A stretch of 63,999 nucleotides of DNA, filler included, from Polymyxa betae A26-41 (taxonomy: Eukaryota > Protista > Endomyxa: Phytomyxea): assembly GCA_003693705.1 (NCBI GenBank). It is 5 parts of 5 records of this genome, joined end to end, with 100 filler letters (N's around TTAATTAATTAA, not from the genome) between each part and the next. Parts side by side here need not be neighbours in the genome. Positions count along the whole stretch, not along the records: positions 1 to 21,386 come from RBZT01000841.1; positions 21,487 to 43,233 come from RBZT01000778.1; 3 more parts are not named here. One strand, 5' to 3'. Position 1 is the stretch's first letter. Every line of letters begins with the position of its first letter. This document shows, piece after piece, positions 12,868 through 24,299 of the stretch. The position numbers were made by a program, and so were the translations under genes. The notes under the pieces were generated by a model. That model had not been told where the DNA came from and made no database searches. It saw only the letters and a list, made by a program, of their open reading frames with translations.

Positions 12868-13926
12868 ATGAGGCGGTCGACCTCGCGCACGACGGACTCC
12901 GTCGACGAAATCATCGACTACACCTACGGAGGGAACGGTACGACGTCGACGACGGTGGCAGCCGCCGCATCGCCCCGGCGTCGGACTTGGTGCCCAACGC
13001 CGCAGCTGCTTGTGGCCGTCGCCACGTTTCTGTTCGGCGCCTTCATCAACAGCTTGGCGCAGGCCGTCCTACAACGCCAGCAGAACCCTGTTAAGCAAAC
13101 GTTACCGGACCTGGGTTTTGATACGTTACATTTCGTGCCAGAAGATTCGTTTTACGCAGATCTCACCTTGTTTCTGATCGACGGTGCCGCTTTCTTACGT
13201 TTCATGGCCGACCCGCTGTTACGTTGCGTGTTCCTGAGGCGGCGTCTGTTCGTCCATGGGGTTGTATTCCTGCTGCGGTCCGTGGCGATTTCCGTCACGC
13301 CGCTCCCGAATCCGTACCCGCATTGCAAGGCGCCACCGGTCAGCTACGGACCAGGCGTCACTGCCGTCCTCATCATGCTGGGCATGGTGAAGACATGTAA
13401 CGACGTCATGTTCAGCGGTCATGCTGCCTCTATGACGTTATCAGCGCTGTTCATGCTTTGGCACGGCGACTTCACGCGATTCCACGGCAAAATCAGTACG
13501 ACTGAGATTCGCCTTCACGTTTCGTTTTGTTCGTTGCCCTGCGGAATTATCACTTCACGGGTTTCTCTTACAGAATTAGTTCAATTTTAGATCGTTTCTT
13601 CGATGAAAATTGTTAAGTTTGATTCAGGTTATTCGTTCCTGCGGATATTGTCGATAGTGATGAAGGCGATAGTGATGGTTGGATGGATCATGGGCCTATT
13701 AACTCTAATCGCTACCAGATTTCATTACAGTCTGGACGTATTTATCGGTACCCTGATCGCTACATTGACCTTTCTACTACTCTATTCGCTGATCGCATTG
13801 GTTCGCCTATTCGACGATGATTTCGAAGAATATCCACCGGAGATGTGCGGCCCTATAATCTCATTCGTCGCGTGGTTTGAACACCACGAGACGAAATCCG
13901 CCGATCCAATCGGCCACCAGTTATGA
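12868..13926 (+). CDS. Sphingomyelin synthase / inositol-phosphorylceramide synthase family (PAP2-like); probable intron 13496-13627
   Basis: Family motifs LPDLGF, LRS..I.VT.LP, C.D.MFSGH and RFHYSLDV (catalytic His/His/Asp), with several TM helices. A phase-1 GT-AG intron joins the two ORFs. Confidence 0.88.
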
Positions 13927-14299
13927 ATCCATGGGCGGAGATATATGCTGCTCATCATGTAATGTTACAAACCCTATGCCGGAATGCTCGGTATCGGATG
14001 CTAATTGCATTTAATATCACAATCGACTTGGTTCAAGTTAATGCAATCAAATCAAACTTTCAATTCAATTCTCTTTGTAAATATTGTAGCTGGATATTAA
14101 GATGATCTTGTGAAAGTGAAGTGACTGACTCTGCAGTATCAGAAAGTCGTGTGTTTTGTTTAGGGTTCCAATCATAGCAAATTTTCGTCTATCTGCAGAT
14201 AGTCTTAAGAGATTGCTGCCTTGACGGAGCCCACAGCGTCGTCTTTAATACGCCGTATCAGAAAAATCTATCATCGATATCAGCACGATACACAGAGCT

Positions 14300-15150
14300 A
14301 ATATTTCCTGCAATTTTAGAGTCGAATCGATTCGAGGGTGCACAGCATCGAGATCGCTGATGGTTGCTATGAGCACCGTAATGCTCCATAGAATCGTGAA
14401 CGTGAAGCTGTCGTTCAAGCTCGTACCTTGGCACGTATCCAATCATGGTGACAGTTTCATAGTGAATATTTTCGTCATCGGCCCCATCCCCTTCGTCTCA
14501 TTGTCCCTGCCCAACGGCCAGCTGGTCTCATTCCGCGCCTTTCTGACACTGATGGTGCTGGACGCCCTGGTCGTATCGTTGTAAGCATCAACCTGGCTCA
14601 AAGCCGAGCTACAACAATGTCATTTTGATCGCATGAAGGGGTTTGGTTTATGTTACAGCCTCAGGATAAATTAGCAGTGGGCGCAGCCACAGGATTTATC
14701 AAAGCAGTGGGCGCAGCCACCAGTCTTACAAAAGTCAAGGCGGAACCCCCGAACCTCTTCACATTGCTTCTCTTCATCATTCTGCCTCATATCATTTCAA
14801 AACATTTTAATGTTCGGAACACTGGCTCGCTGATCATGATGCTGACTATCAGCGGCAAGAAGATGAGTGATAGTGAGGAGCAGCATCGGATCCGCACGCA
14901 GTTTGGTTGAGAGGCGTTCGGCGCGTTGGGGATACAATGTTTTTGTAAGTATTGTTTGTAATATGGCAGCCCATGTACCGGCCTAGGCTCTGCTGATATT
15001 CTTTTTGCAATCGCTGGGCCTATCACTGTTTGCCATCCATACAATGGTGGAGTTAAAGCCGATGCCCAGAGCGCACTGCTCTCCAGAAAAGAAATCTCGT
15101 CGATGATGTCGTCACACTTTGTAGGACGTCGTGCCGATCGACCAGGAACA
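14300..15150 (+). pseudogene. Decayed tandem paralog of the 7TM gene at 15809-17146
   Basis: Fragments FRAFLTLMVLDALV, GFIKAVGAATSL..VK..P..FTLLLFI.LPHI...FN.RNTGSL and SDSEEQHRIR match the downstream protein. Broken by stops, frameshifts and a short internal duplication at 14673-14720. Confidence 0.8.
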
Positions 15151-15808
15151 TTCAATCATCCCGAATACAACTTCCAACATCACTCACTAGACGCTAACCG
15201 CCAGTCTTGATTGTGAGCTAATATCTGTATGGCTCTCAACGTTTGGCGTAGTTCGCCGATCCCGAATTGGGGATGTCCAGGAAGATTGGTATTGCTGCTG
15301 TCGTCGCAATCTCCCTCGATTTCTTTATTGAAGAGCAAACGTTAAAAACCGATGTTCGCATCACTATTCAGTCATAGTTTCCACATGATGGCAGTCCATT
15401 CAAGTGCAATAAGACAGCCGCAATGAAAGGCGACGATGATCCATCAAGATTTGCATCTTCTCAGAAAATTCCTTGAATATTAGAATGGCTTGTATGGGTA
15501 TATTGCAATTCGTCCAGCCTCTATGGTTTCGTGTCTCGTCAATGAAAAGTTTTCTGGTTGTAATATAACACAGGTAGAAATGCTGGAAGGCCAAATTTCT
15601 GTTAACGACAGATTACTATTACTTATTGAATCGTTTGATTTACAGTCTTCTCAAAACAATTACATTCACCATTGTCGAACGTGTTTATCCACGAATATCT
15701 GTAGACAGATCGAAGTTTCTTACGATCCCCAAGATATTTACGATGCTCGAGAAGTTTGTTAACTTGTTCACCATGGCAAAATTTTAAGCATTCAAGTTAC
15801 TGTGTGCT

Positions 15809-17146
15809 ATGATGAGATTATTCCTTCTCAGCGCTCTCTTCCTAACGTCATTCTGGAAAGCCGCTTCATTAGAAGTCATCGACTCCAATCATATAACGTA
15901 TGATATCCCGTCATTCGAGTTCGGCTCGCAATCAAAGGTGAGTTTCCGATCAACTGTCGCTCGAGAGCGATTCCTTCCAAATGTGACCTCGTTAGTGCAT
16001 GTAACTGCTTTAATGTTTCCCATTCAAGAATATGTCGATCGATGCCAAGCTGCCGGTTGCCGAGGGCTTATCTTGTACACCGACTCCGATCTCCAGGCGG
16101 TCTTAGAGATCGCCGCCTGGACAGAACCTGTCGAATCCGCTTCGATTCCAGTTGTCGCTCTTGGACGAACTGATGTTGATCTCAGCAAAATTACAGAGAC
16201 GCGATTCTTGACTGATTCCGCTGCAAACCGGTTCGGAGAGGCGAATCAATCTAGAGCTCTCATCATGCTCATGAATGCCGTGTTTTTCCACCGTATTATC
16301 AATACCTTCTACTGCATCTACAAATTGGTCGAATTCATCAAGTCCCGCAGCAAAATTGTTTATCCCATCTTGGTCATCATCTCGTATGTGATCTCCGGCG
16401 TTATCGGAATCGTTGCCTTCGAATCGCTTTCGCTGCACGGCGCCACTCTGCTATCATTTCGGGGCATGATGTTTCTGATGATGCTGGACGCCCTGGTCCT
16501 TTACTGCGGTCGTATTGCCATGGGCATGAACTTGGCTGCGAGCCGAACGAAAACGATGTCAAGCAAGACCTATTCGTTTGATGCCATTAAAGATCACATT
16601 ACAGCGTTAGGGTTTATTATAGCAGTGGGCGCGGCCGCCTCCCTTTGTACAGTCAAGGTGCTACCCTCTGGCTTCTTTACGTTGCTTCTATTCGTCATCA
16701 CTCTTCCTCACATCATCTTCATTGCTTTCAACGCTCGCAACACCGGCTCGCTGGTCAATCTACTAATTTCAAATGGACGGACGCTGAGCATCAGCGATGA
16801 ACAGAGGCGTATCAGAATGTCGTTCGCCTGGAAGGCATTCGGGGCTACCGTCGCCGGACTTGTAACCGTTTTATTGCAGGTGCTCTTTATATTCCTTCAG
16901 TCTTGGGGGCCATTTGAGTTTGTATTACTATATTCGCTGCAAGCGTTTAGCATATCGCAGGTCGCAATCTACACCGTGATGGCGTTGAAGCCTGCAGTTA
17001 AAAGCTCAACAGCTCCTGGCAAGCAATCCTCGCAACCTCACACGAAACAAGAAACAGCAGCGCGACGTGTTAATTCAACTACAACAAATACTGTTGGCAC
17101 CGCACAGACTGCCAGTTCGAAGCATTCAGTGATTCCAAACACTTAA
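15809..17146 (+). CDS. Signal peptide + PA-domain-like ectodomain + 7 TM helices (GPCR-like receptor), intronless
   Basis: 445-aa ORF with an N-terminal signal. RCQAAGCRGLILY...IPVVAL resembles the PA domain consensus. Seven hydrophobic segments, then a S/T-rich tail. Confidence 0.75.
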   Translation: MMRLFLLSALFLTSFWKAASLEVIDSNHITYDIPSFEFGSQSKVSFRSTVARERFLPNVTSLVHVTALMFPIQEYVDRCQAAGCRGLILYTDSDLQAVLEIAAWTEPVESASIPVVALGRTDVDLSKITETRFLTDSAANRFGEANQSRALIMLMNAVFFHRIINTFYCIYKLVEFIKSRSKIVYPILVIISYVISGVIGIVAFESLSLHGATLLSFRGMMFLMMLDALVLYCGRIAMGMNLAASRTKTMSSKTYSFDAIKDHITALGFIIAVGAAASLCTVKVLPSGFFTLLLFVITLPHIIFIAFNARNTGSLVNLLISNGRTLSISDEQRRIRMSFAWKAFGATVAGLVTVLLQVLFIFLQSWGPFEFVLLYSLQAFSISQVAIYTVMALKPAVKSSTAPGKQSSQPHTKQETAARRVNSTTTNTVGTAQTASSKHSVIPNT

Positions 17147-17414
17147 ATCTCTGCTTTAAGCTAGACCGGTTAACATATATGATTTCTTTATATGGAGTCT
17201 TACCTTCAGGTTCGATACAGCCTTTCATATGCAAATTGTATATTGTGGTCAATTGATTGGCGAGACTATACTGTACGCAACCAGAGTCTGGACCTGTCAG
17301 GACCCAGCAGGTATAATTTGTTAGCTGATTGGAAACCCGTTATTGGGTCAAGAAATGCCTTGATAATAACCGATACATTCATTAGTTTTAAAGAATAAAT
17401 ATTGTATTAAAGTA

Positions 17415-17684
17415 ATGGAAATTGAGATTAAAGCGAAAACACGAGGACGAGGCCCAGATAGGAAGCCTCGTGATAGGAAGCCTCGTGTTGTGATGTTTTC
17501 TCATAAGATTCACGACCTTGGAATAGAATGGCGTCAAGATAAACAAGAGTATTTTAATAGATATTATATTGCATTTGGTTCTGAGAAAATTCCTTGCCAA
17601 TGCGGTCGTGTAATAAAAAAATTCCGTCTTACGAAACACCTGAAAAGTAATTGCCACAAAAAGAGGGTTGAATCAGTTTTATAG
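17415..17684 (+). CDS. Small basic protein with C-terminal C2H2-type zinc finger, virus/Polinton-like
   Basis: KQEYFNRYY...KIPCQCGRVIKKFRLTKHLKSNCH (CxC...H..S..H). Intronless with AT-rich flanks. Internal 15-bp duplication (DRKPR x2). Confidence 0.55.
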   Translation: MEIEIKAKTRGRGPDRKPRDRKPRVVMFSHKIHDLGIEWRQDKQEYFNRYYIAFGSEKIPCQCGRVIKKFRLTKHLKSNCHKKRVESVL

Positions 17685-17756
17685 TAATAAAGCCAAACCG
17701 ATTTCTTTATTAATAATAATGGTGGCTGTTTCAGAACTTACACGAGGTGATTTAAG

Positions 17757-18191
17757 ATATTCGGGATTCAATGGTTAGGCTTTGTGAATCTCGGGTTGCC
17801 CAACACAACCCGTAATTCTGGCTATTTAGAACAGACTCGCAGGGTTCTAGCAATGAATCGACCCCGAACGAATTATGAGATTCAAGCGAGTTGTTAGAAC
17901 TACGGTTCCAGTCGGCAACGTAACAGCGTCGGGGAAGCGTCAAGATAGCCGTACTGCCATGAGAGCGTGCGTTAGATGGGGCCTAACATCATGTCTGATT
18001 GTTTATTAGGGTCACATGCCCCATTAGTACGTTACGATCGATAGCACGCGATCGCACGGAGTCTGTCAACTCCAACACGAGTATTAGAAATCACTATGTT
18101 CAGAGTTAATGAACAAAGGGAATTACAACAAAGAATCAAATTACATACAAAGAATTGAAAGGATTCCCGACGCGGCATATCAAGAGTCATA
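17757..18191 (-). mobile_element. Possible solo-LTR-like insertion interrupting a viral-type ORF
   Basis: Non-coding block with AATAAA on the minus strand, lying between an ATG-led fragment (17719, MVAVSELTRGDLR) and resumption of coding-like sequence at about 18192. No TSD confirmed. Confidence 0.25.
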
Positions 18192-19510
18192 CTCAACTTG
18201 ACCGTTTATTGGAACACATTAGAGGAAACAATACGAAACGTCTTGTGAATAGTCTGCCCGAAGGTGTTCCGAGTAATCGGGAGGAATCACAGCGGACGAT
18301 GGATTGTTGTTGGCGAGCTACATTACGTCTATGACCAAAGCGAAAAAGAAACCAGAATAGAACCTTATATGCCAGTAGAGATAACAAGTAAGACAAGACC
18401 AAATACAGAACAGATTCGCGAAACTGCTATTGACGTTCTTAATGAAACAAATTGGTGGAATTCGCGAATACGAAATCGGTGATATAACGCGATTGATAGT
18501 AATGAGCTGTCACAATCCTAATCAAATTCTTATGCGAGGCATCGGTGACGGTGGCTGGCATAATTCAGCTATGGCAAGATACAAGACTGGGGATTACACT
18601 CAGCAATAACGACATTGTGTTGTTGATAGGTTGTATGAGAAATTTCGTTATGAAGGATGGATGATATCACAGAGGTAGTTCGAGCAGCGTTTCTATACTT
18701 TCTGTGGTGATTGTCCAGATAGAGTTGGTCCAATACATTCAAGAGGATCACACTAATGTTTCATTGATTGTATTGGACGCTTTGGGTGATGTTATCGCTC
18801 GATTGGGTGCTAAGCGACGACGAACAAGAGACAATCACATCTGGCGTGGTGCTGTTTGTTGTAATGAGCATTTGAATCCCATTGATGATGTTCGCGATAT
18901 CAAGAAATTAATGAATGCAAAAGTCGGCGATGACTACATTTCCGAATTATTGGGAATCTGTAAGATTAATTTTGACTTTCGTAATGCTATGTATACTCAC
19001 ATTGAAGACCGAAAGAAGGAGGATACTGATTTGGATTTTACGATTGGAGACAAGAAGACACCAGTTATCACGAATGTACCGATTAGCATCTTATTATGGC
19101 ATTCCAATTGAGATATCCACGAGTCTTGATTTCAAATAATAGCATCGACAAGAAGACGTTTGTGAATCGCTTGACTGAGGGAATTGTGTGCTCAATGACG
19201 GACTACAACGAGCGAAGAAAAGCATTGGATTGTATTCGCGAGACGTTTGGTGATGATACTCCCAGGAATTTTTGGAATTCGAAGTCAATACCTTTGCTGT
19301 GATGGCTTGCGACTTGTTCAGCTATCGTTTTGGCTCGATGGAAAAGTCATACATCAATGACTTGATTTTCGACTTGAAAATGAGACATGCGCCCAAGGCC
19401 AATAATCAAGTGTTTATGAAACCAGAAGACGTTGATAGATACAAGAACAAAGCGTGTATTGATATTAATGGAAGCTACTACAATGCTGTCCTTGATTATT
19501 TCGATGCCAC
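18192..19510 (+). pseudogene. Frameshifted large viral-type replication protein (degenerate family-B polymerase-like)
   Basis: Stitched frames give CVVDRLY...ELVQYI...VSLIVLD...NEHLNPIDD...KACIDINGSYYNAV. The last segment resembles PolB motif A (D.NS.Y). No introns; several stops and frameshifts. Confidence 0.45.
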
Positions 19511-21386
19511 TCCGAAAAGTGAGTGCAGGTCCGACGTCTCGTTGTGGGAGGGAGGTCGTGAGCGACGATCTGATCTGGGCGACGACGCATACAGGCGCTG
19601 GGGTCCACCGTTAGGCAATGGCAAGATAAGTACAGTCTCTCAACTGATCCCGCCGACGATACTCACGATAGTCGAGCGGCACAGAGAGGCCCCGCCATCA
19701 CGCTTTCAGGCCCGACCTTCATGGTAAAGCCCAGAAGGCGGCCTTTTTAGCGGCGGTGATCAGGACTGGACGAATCTCGATTCGATTCCAGTTCAGTCTA
19801 AATGGCCAATTGATTTGCTCGACAAATCATGGCCATGGACTCGCTCAAAAATCTCAACCAAACTCAATCAATCAATATTACAAAAGCACGCAAAACAACA
19901 CTCCACCTAGATAGGACGAATCATGATAGAACACGACAATACTATACAGCAAATTTCATAGCAGCACAGACCCTAAATAATCTTTCCATACAACGATACG
20001 AAAAAGCACAACCAACGAAATCATTCATCAAAATTCTAATAAAATACCTAAATCCGTGTCGGACTCCGCCACGGTCACCTCGGCGGAGCCCAGCCAGGCT
20101 CCAGACTAGCCCTTCTCTCGACCATCAAGAATGGCATCCCAACAGAGAGCTGCAGGAGCTCGCATGCTGACTGACCACGGAAGTTGCTAACAGCGGACGC
20201 TTCACAGATTCTGTCCCCACCGGATGCATTGAGTAGGCACTCGAAAAGAACCAAAACAGATTAAAACGTCCCAACTAACAAACCGAAAAAACGAATCAAC
20301 CATTACTCGGAAAGTTAATGGGCTATGAACCTCCACCCAAAATCAAGCGCGATGATTCTAACGACACGTCTGCAATCATCAAATGCGGAAAACCCAACGA
20401 AGAACAAAAACAGACCCATTGGATCGAACTTCAGAATATGCTCCCAAAGCCCCATTCCTTAACAAACTCACATCCCAATATATAGATTTTAATGCTAACA
20501 ACGGAAACATCACCATAAAGTCTCTCAAACCAGGTCTGTACCCCGAAATTTTCGTAGTCAAGTCGACAACCAATAAGAAATATACATCACAGGCCGATTT
20601 AAAATACTAAAAAAAGCCGCCGAATCCCTCAGCCGAACAGACTGCGTCATTCCCCATCCGGCGGCAAAAGGAGATTGGGATCGTCAAATCACAGACTTTT
20701 CTTCTTGTCACTACAGTATTACTTTGTTTTCCTAGTCCAATTTGGTGTTCGCTGCCTGGGTACATTACTCCCAGCGCAATGATAACGCTATGTCGACATG
20801 GAATCTTCTGAAGGAGAAGCTGCCGTCGATTGTTTCGTTGGAGGTAAGCGGTTACAAGGAGCGATACTGAAAAACCGGTGGAAAAAATTCTTCTCAAAAC
20901 AACAAATACTGTTAAGATCACTTTTAACACGGCTGCAGAAGCCCAGGCTGTCTGCGCAAGAGGCCATATCATCATCCTCGGTCACCCATACAAAATCAGT
21001 CAGTCTACCTGGCGTCGCCAAAATACATCCAGTGGAGCCGACATTGCTTAATTGAATTAGAACAAATTGCGTTTTCTGTTGAATGGCAAAATTNNAATTA
21101 CAAAATTTACATTTCATTTTATTATTATAATTTTCATTTTTTTAATATAATTTTTGAAAATCCTATATTTTTATAAATTATCATAAATTTACAAAGATTC
21201 GCCGAAAAATAAGGTTATTGGGTGTTATAACGTGGATTATTAAGGTTTTTGTATGGGAAAAAATGGATTTTCAAAATCCGTTCTCAAACCATACGGATCG
21301 TTCACTGCTTGTAATACCAAGAGAATTATCATTAAAATTAGAAATAAATTCTGTGATATTATAATTTCCTTCTGGTAATGTAATAT

Positions 21387-21486
21387 NNNNNNNNNNNNNN
21401 NNNNNNNNNNNNNNNNNNNNNNNNNNNNNNTTAATTAATTAANNNNNNNNNNNNNNNNNNNNNNNNNNNNNNNNNNNNNNNNNNNN
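21387..21486. other. Artificial contig linker (44 N + TTAATTAATTAA + 44 N)
   Basis: Six-frame-stop 12-mer centred in a 100-nt gap. The same structure occurs four times in the window. Confidence 0.97.
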
Positions 21487-22030
21487 CTGCTCTTTCATCC
21501 TGCTGTTCCGTGGCCTTTTTCGCCTGTTTCGCTTGCTTCGCGCACTCGTTATCGGCGTCCATGAGCGCGATTATTTCTTCGAGCAGCTCGATTTTTCATC
21601 GAACTCTTCATCGACGCCGCTTTTCCGAAGAGCATCCAAGTTAGTCTCCCTCATTTTTTCTTGACTTCTTTCAATAAGGCGGCCAGTAGGCTCCGTCCTT
21701 GCATCTTGCATCCGAAATTCTTTGTGCTCATTAGGGTTTGGGCTATGTCGTCGTACATCGCCTCACTGCTCTTGCCTCCACAACTTTTCCATGGCTGCAC
21801 TTTCAGGACCTCTTGATACAGCATGATGCAGTCAGATGCATTGAGGTTACGTCGTGGTGGAACCATTCCATCTGCGATTGTTTGATGGACGAAGAACTCG
21901 CCATCCGTCTGTAGTTGTGTCTGGTGGGGCACCGGACTTGAAATTCTCGTCATTGTTTGCTGGTCGATATGTTCGAAGTTCATCGTCATAGCCGGGGGTC
22001 AGGTCAGCGAATCTCTTTGCAGCCATCGTG
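21487..22030 (-). pseudogene. PIF/Harbinger Myb/SANT-like accessory gene (frameshifted, runs into contig end)
   Basis: CIMLYQEVLKVQPW...YDDIAQTL followed by ALRKSGVDEEF..ELLEEII. Lies divergent from a Harbinger transposase. Confidence 0.65.
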
Positions 22031-22124
22031 AAATTACGATCAGTAAAGAGCACAGCTAATATGAAAATGAATCTACAGACTGGTTTGAAAAACGATTCAG
22101 CGCTACAGAACCTCAGTCCTGGTT

Positions 22125-22280
22125 CTTCTATGCAGCTTCTAGAACTGCATTGAAATATATTTCCAGTTTATTGACGTTACAACTGTATATCTTCTAGAAC
22201 TGCACTGAAAAATCTTTCCTATTTGCTGGCGCGCGGTACAACTGCAGCTTGGAGAGCTGCACTGAAATATCGTTCCAGGA
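22125..22280 (+). repeat. Three ~60-bp imperfect repeats in the bidirectional intergenic region of the Harbinger element
   Basis: agaactgcattgaaatat, agaactgcactgaaaaat and agagctgcactgaaatat recur at about 56-60 bp spacing. Confidence 0.65.
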
Positions 22281-22309
22281 CATAGTTATTATCGCTGTCT
22301 TCTGAACAC

Positions 22310-23571
22310 ATGGAAGCGCTGGTTAACAGGGCATTGTTTTGTCCTTTCACGTTTGAAGAACTGATCTCGTTGTACGTTGCTGAAATCATTGACAGTGATC
22401 AGGTTCGGAGCTAAGCATTGTTTTTTGGATGCTCATTGCATTTTTAACCAGAAGACCTCTTTGTGTTGAGATCAATGGACGTTCCAACTCCTCTCTATAT
22501 CCCGAATGTCAAGTTTGATCTGTCCACTATTGAGGATCAAAACGCTCTGCATGATTTCCGCTTCACAGCTCATCAGATTAAGCAGATCAGCATCCATTTA
22601 CAATTACCAGCGGTTTTCATCACTTCGGAGTGAGATCGAACTCTTCCTCCAGAAGGGCTAGCTCTGGTGCTGCGACGGTTTTGTTATCCAAACCGTCTTG
22701 AAGACCTAAGGTTCCTGTCTGGACGTTCGATTCCCTCTATGTCACGAATCATTCGCACGACAGGTACAAATAAGAATTTCGATATCTTTTATTATAACCA
22801 GCTGTTTAGTTGATTTAATTTATCAGCGTCACAAAGACCGAATCTATCTTGCAGAAAACATTTTACTGCAACGATTGGGAATGTATTCGGAGGCGGTCCA
22901 TCGGAACAATGCTCCCTTGCAGACTTGCTTTGGGTTTATCGACGGCACAAAGCAAAAAGTCTGTCGGCCGAGCTCCAGAGTGGGTCGTCTTGGCTGGCAA
23001 AGAGGAGAAAACTTGCAACACCAGCTATTCAGCGCCCATAAGAGGCAGCATTGTCAGAATTACCAGGGTATATCAACACCCGACGGCTTGGTAATCAGCA
23101 TGTTCGGTCCGATTGAAGGGCGCAGGCATGATAGCAGTCTTCTGCGCGAATCCAGAATTCTACAGAAACTGGAGGGATTGCCTGCTGCAAATGGTTACTT
23201 AATCTACGGCGATCCCGCCTACGGGATTAGCAGATATATCTGTAGTCCATTCAAGGGCGCTGCGCTAACTCCAGTAAGTGCACATCATGGAATGCTGTAT
23301 TACTTTTAAATGAGATTTGCAGGACGAGCAGGAATTCAACTCGAGAATGAGTGCGGTCAGAGCCAGCGTCGAATGGGTCTTCGGACGCATTAAAACTCTT
23401 ATTGCGTTTGTGGATTTTTCCAAAAACTTAAAAGTGATGCATGGCCCTGTTGGTATGGATTTCTTGGTGGCGACGCTGATGACTAACATCCATTGCTGCA
23501 TCAATGGTGGCAACCAGATCAGCGATGTTTTTGGCATTAAACCGCCAACTTTAACTGAATATCTACAATAA
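22310..23571 (+). mobile_element. PIF/Harbinger DDE transposase (HARBI1-like), intron-containing, probably inactivated
   Basis: GFIDGT, HKRQHC..YQ....PDG, GP.EGRRHD, YGDPAY and FN..MS.VR.SVEW.FG motifs. Upstream helix-turn-helix-like EGLALVLRRFCYPNRLEDL. In-frame TGA at about 22631. Short introns near 22403-22452, 22763-22810 and 23274-23322. Confidence 0.9.
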
Positions 23572-24299
23572 ATGAATCGAGGTTCCGTCATGCTTGCCAT
23601 CTGACTGAAATCTATATTCTATGTACATACTCGTCTGCGAAACAGGCAAATCCGCGAATGCAAATATATACACAGCTGTGACGGACATCTATGTCTATAT
23701 ATTTTGAAAATCGGTTGCGAAAACTGTCTATTGTGGCTGATGCTCGATAATTGACAAATCAGAATATATTACGATAGATGAAATTTTGATGAATTATAGA
23801 GCATCAAAGAAGAAAATTTCTGTATTGCGATTACGTCTCATGTTGAAAACCCTAACAAAAGCCAAAAAACATTCCAAACTACCAACGAAAGATAACGGAA
23901 AAGCCGATAATCGATATCATTCATTCAGAGCTCTCCTGAAGAGATCTTTCAGAAAATCGAGAAAGCGAAACCTATTGAGATTGGCGACCAACATTCAGAA
24001 ATACGAAACCGCGATCTCCTCTCAGAGACGATGTTAGTATGAGAATCGTCGGTTCATTGATGCGATGTCCAGCAACGATTTTCCATTGAAGATTTTGTGT
24101 CATCATCAACATTGCAAACATTGGCACCAAAAAAGCACAAGAACGACATCCGCGTCATCTAGGCTAGAAAATTCCGTCTCTTGTTTACAATATGAGAGCT
24201 GGAACTAGAAGCTGAAATCAGCGTTTCCAATTCAGAGAAAATCCGCTGAACGTCTCTCCAGCAGAAGTCAAAAATTTTAAAAGGAACCCGTTATAACAG

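Noticed and set aside
20960-21050. ATPGRLTDF (DEAD-box motif Ib) on the minus strand
   Set aside because: No other helicase motifs nearby; an isolated fragment or chance.
21431-21442. Recurrent TTAATTAATTAA palindrome (also 43278, 56138, 61765)
   Set aside because: Always centred in identical 100-nt N gaps, so it is an assembly linker and not biology. ORFs spanning these gaps are artefacts.
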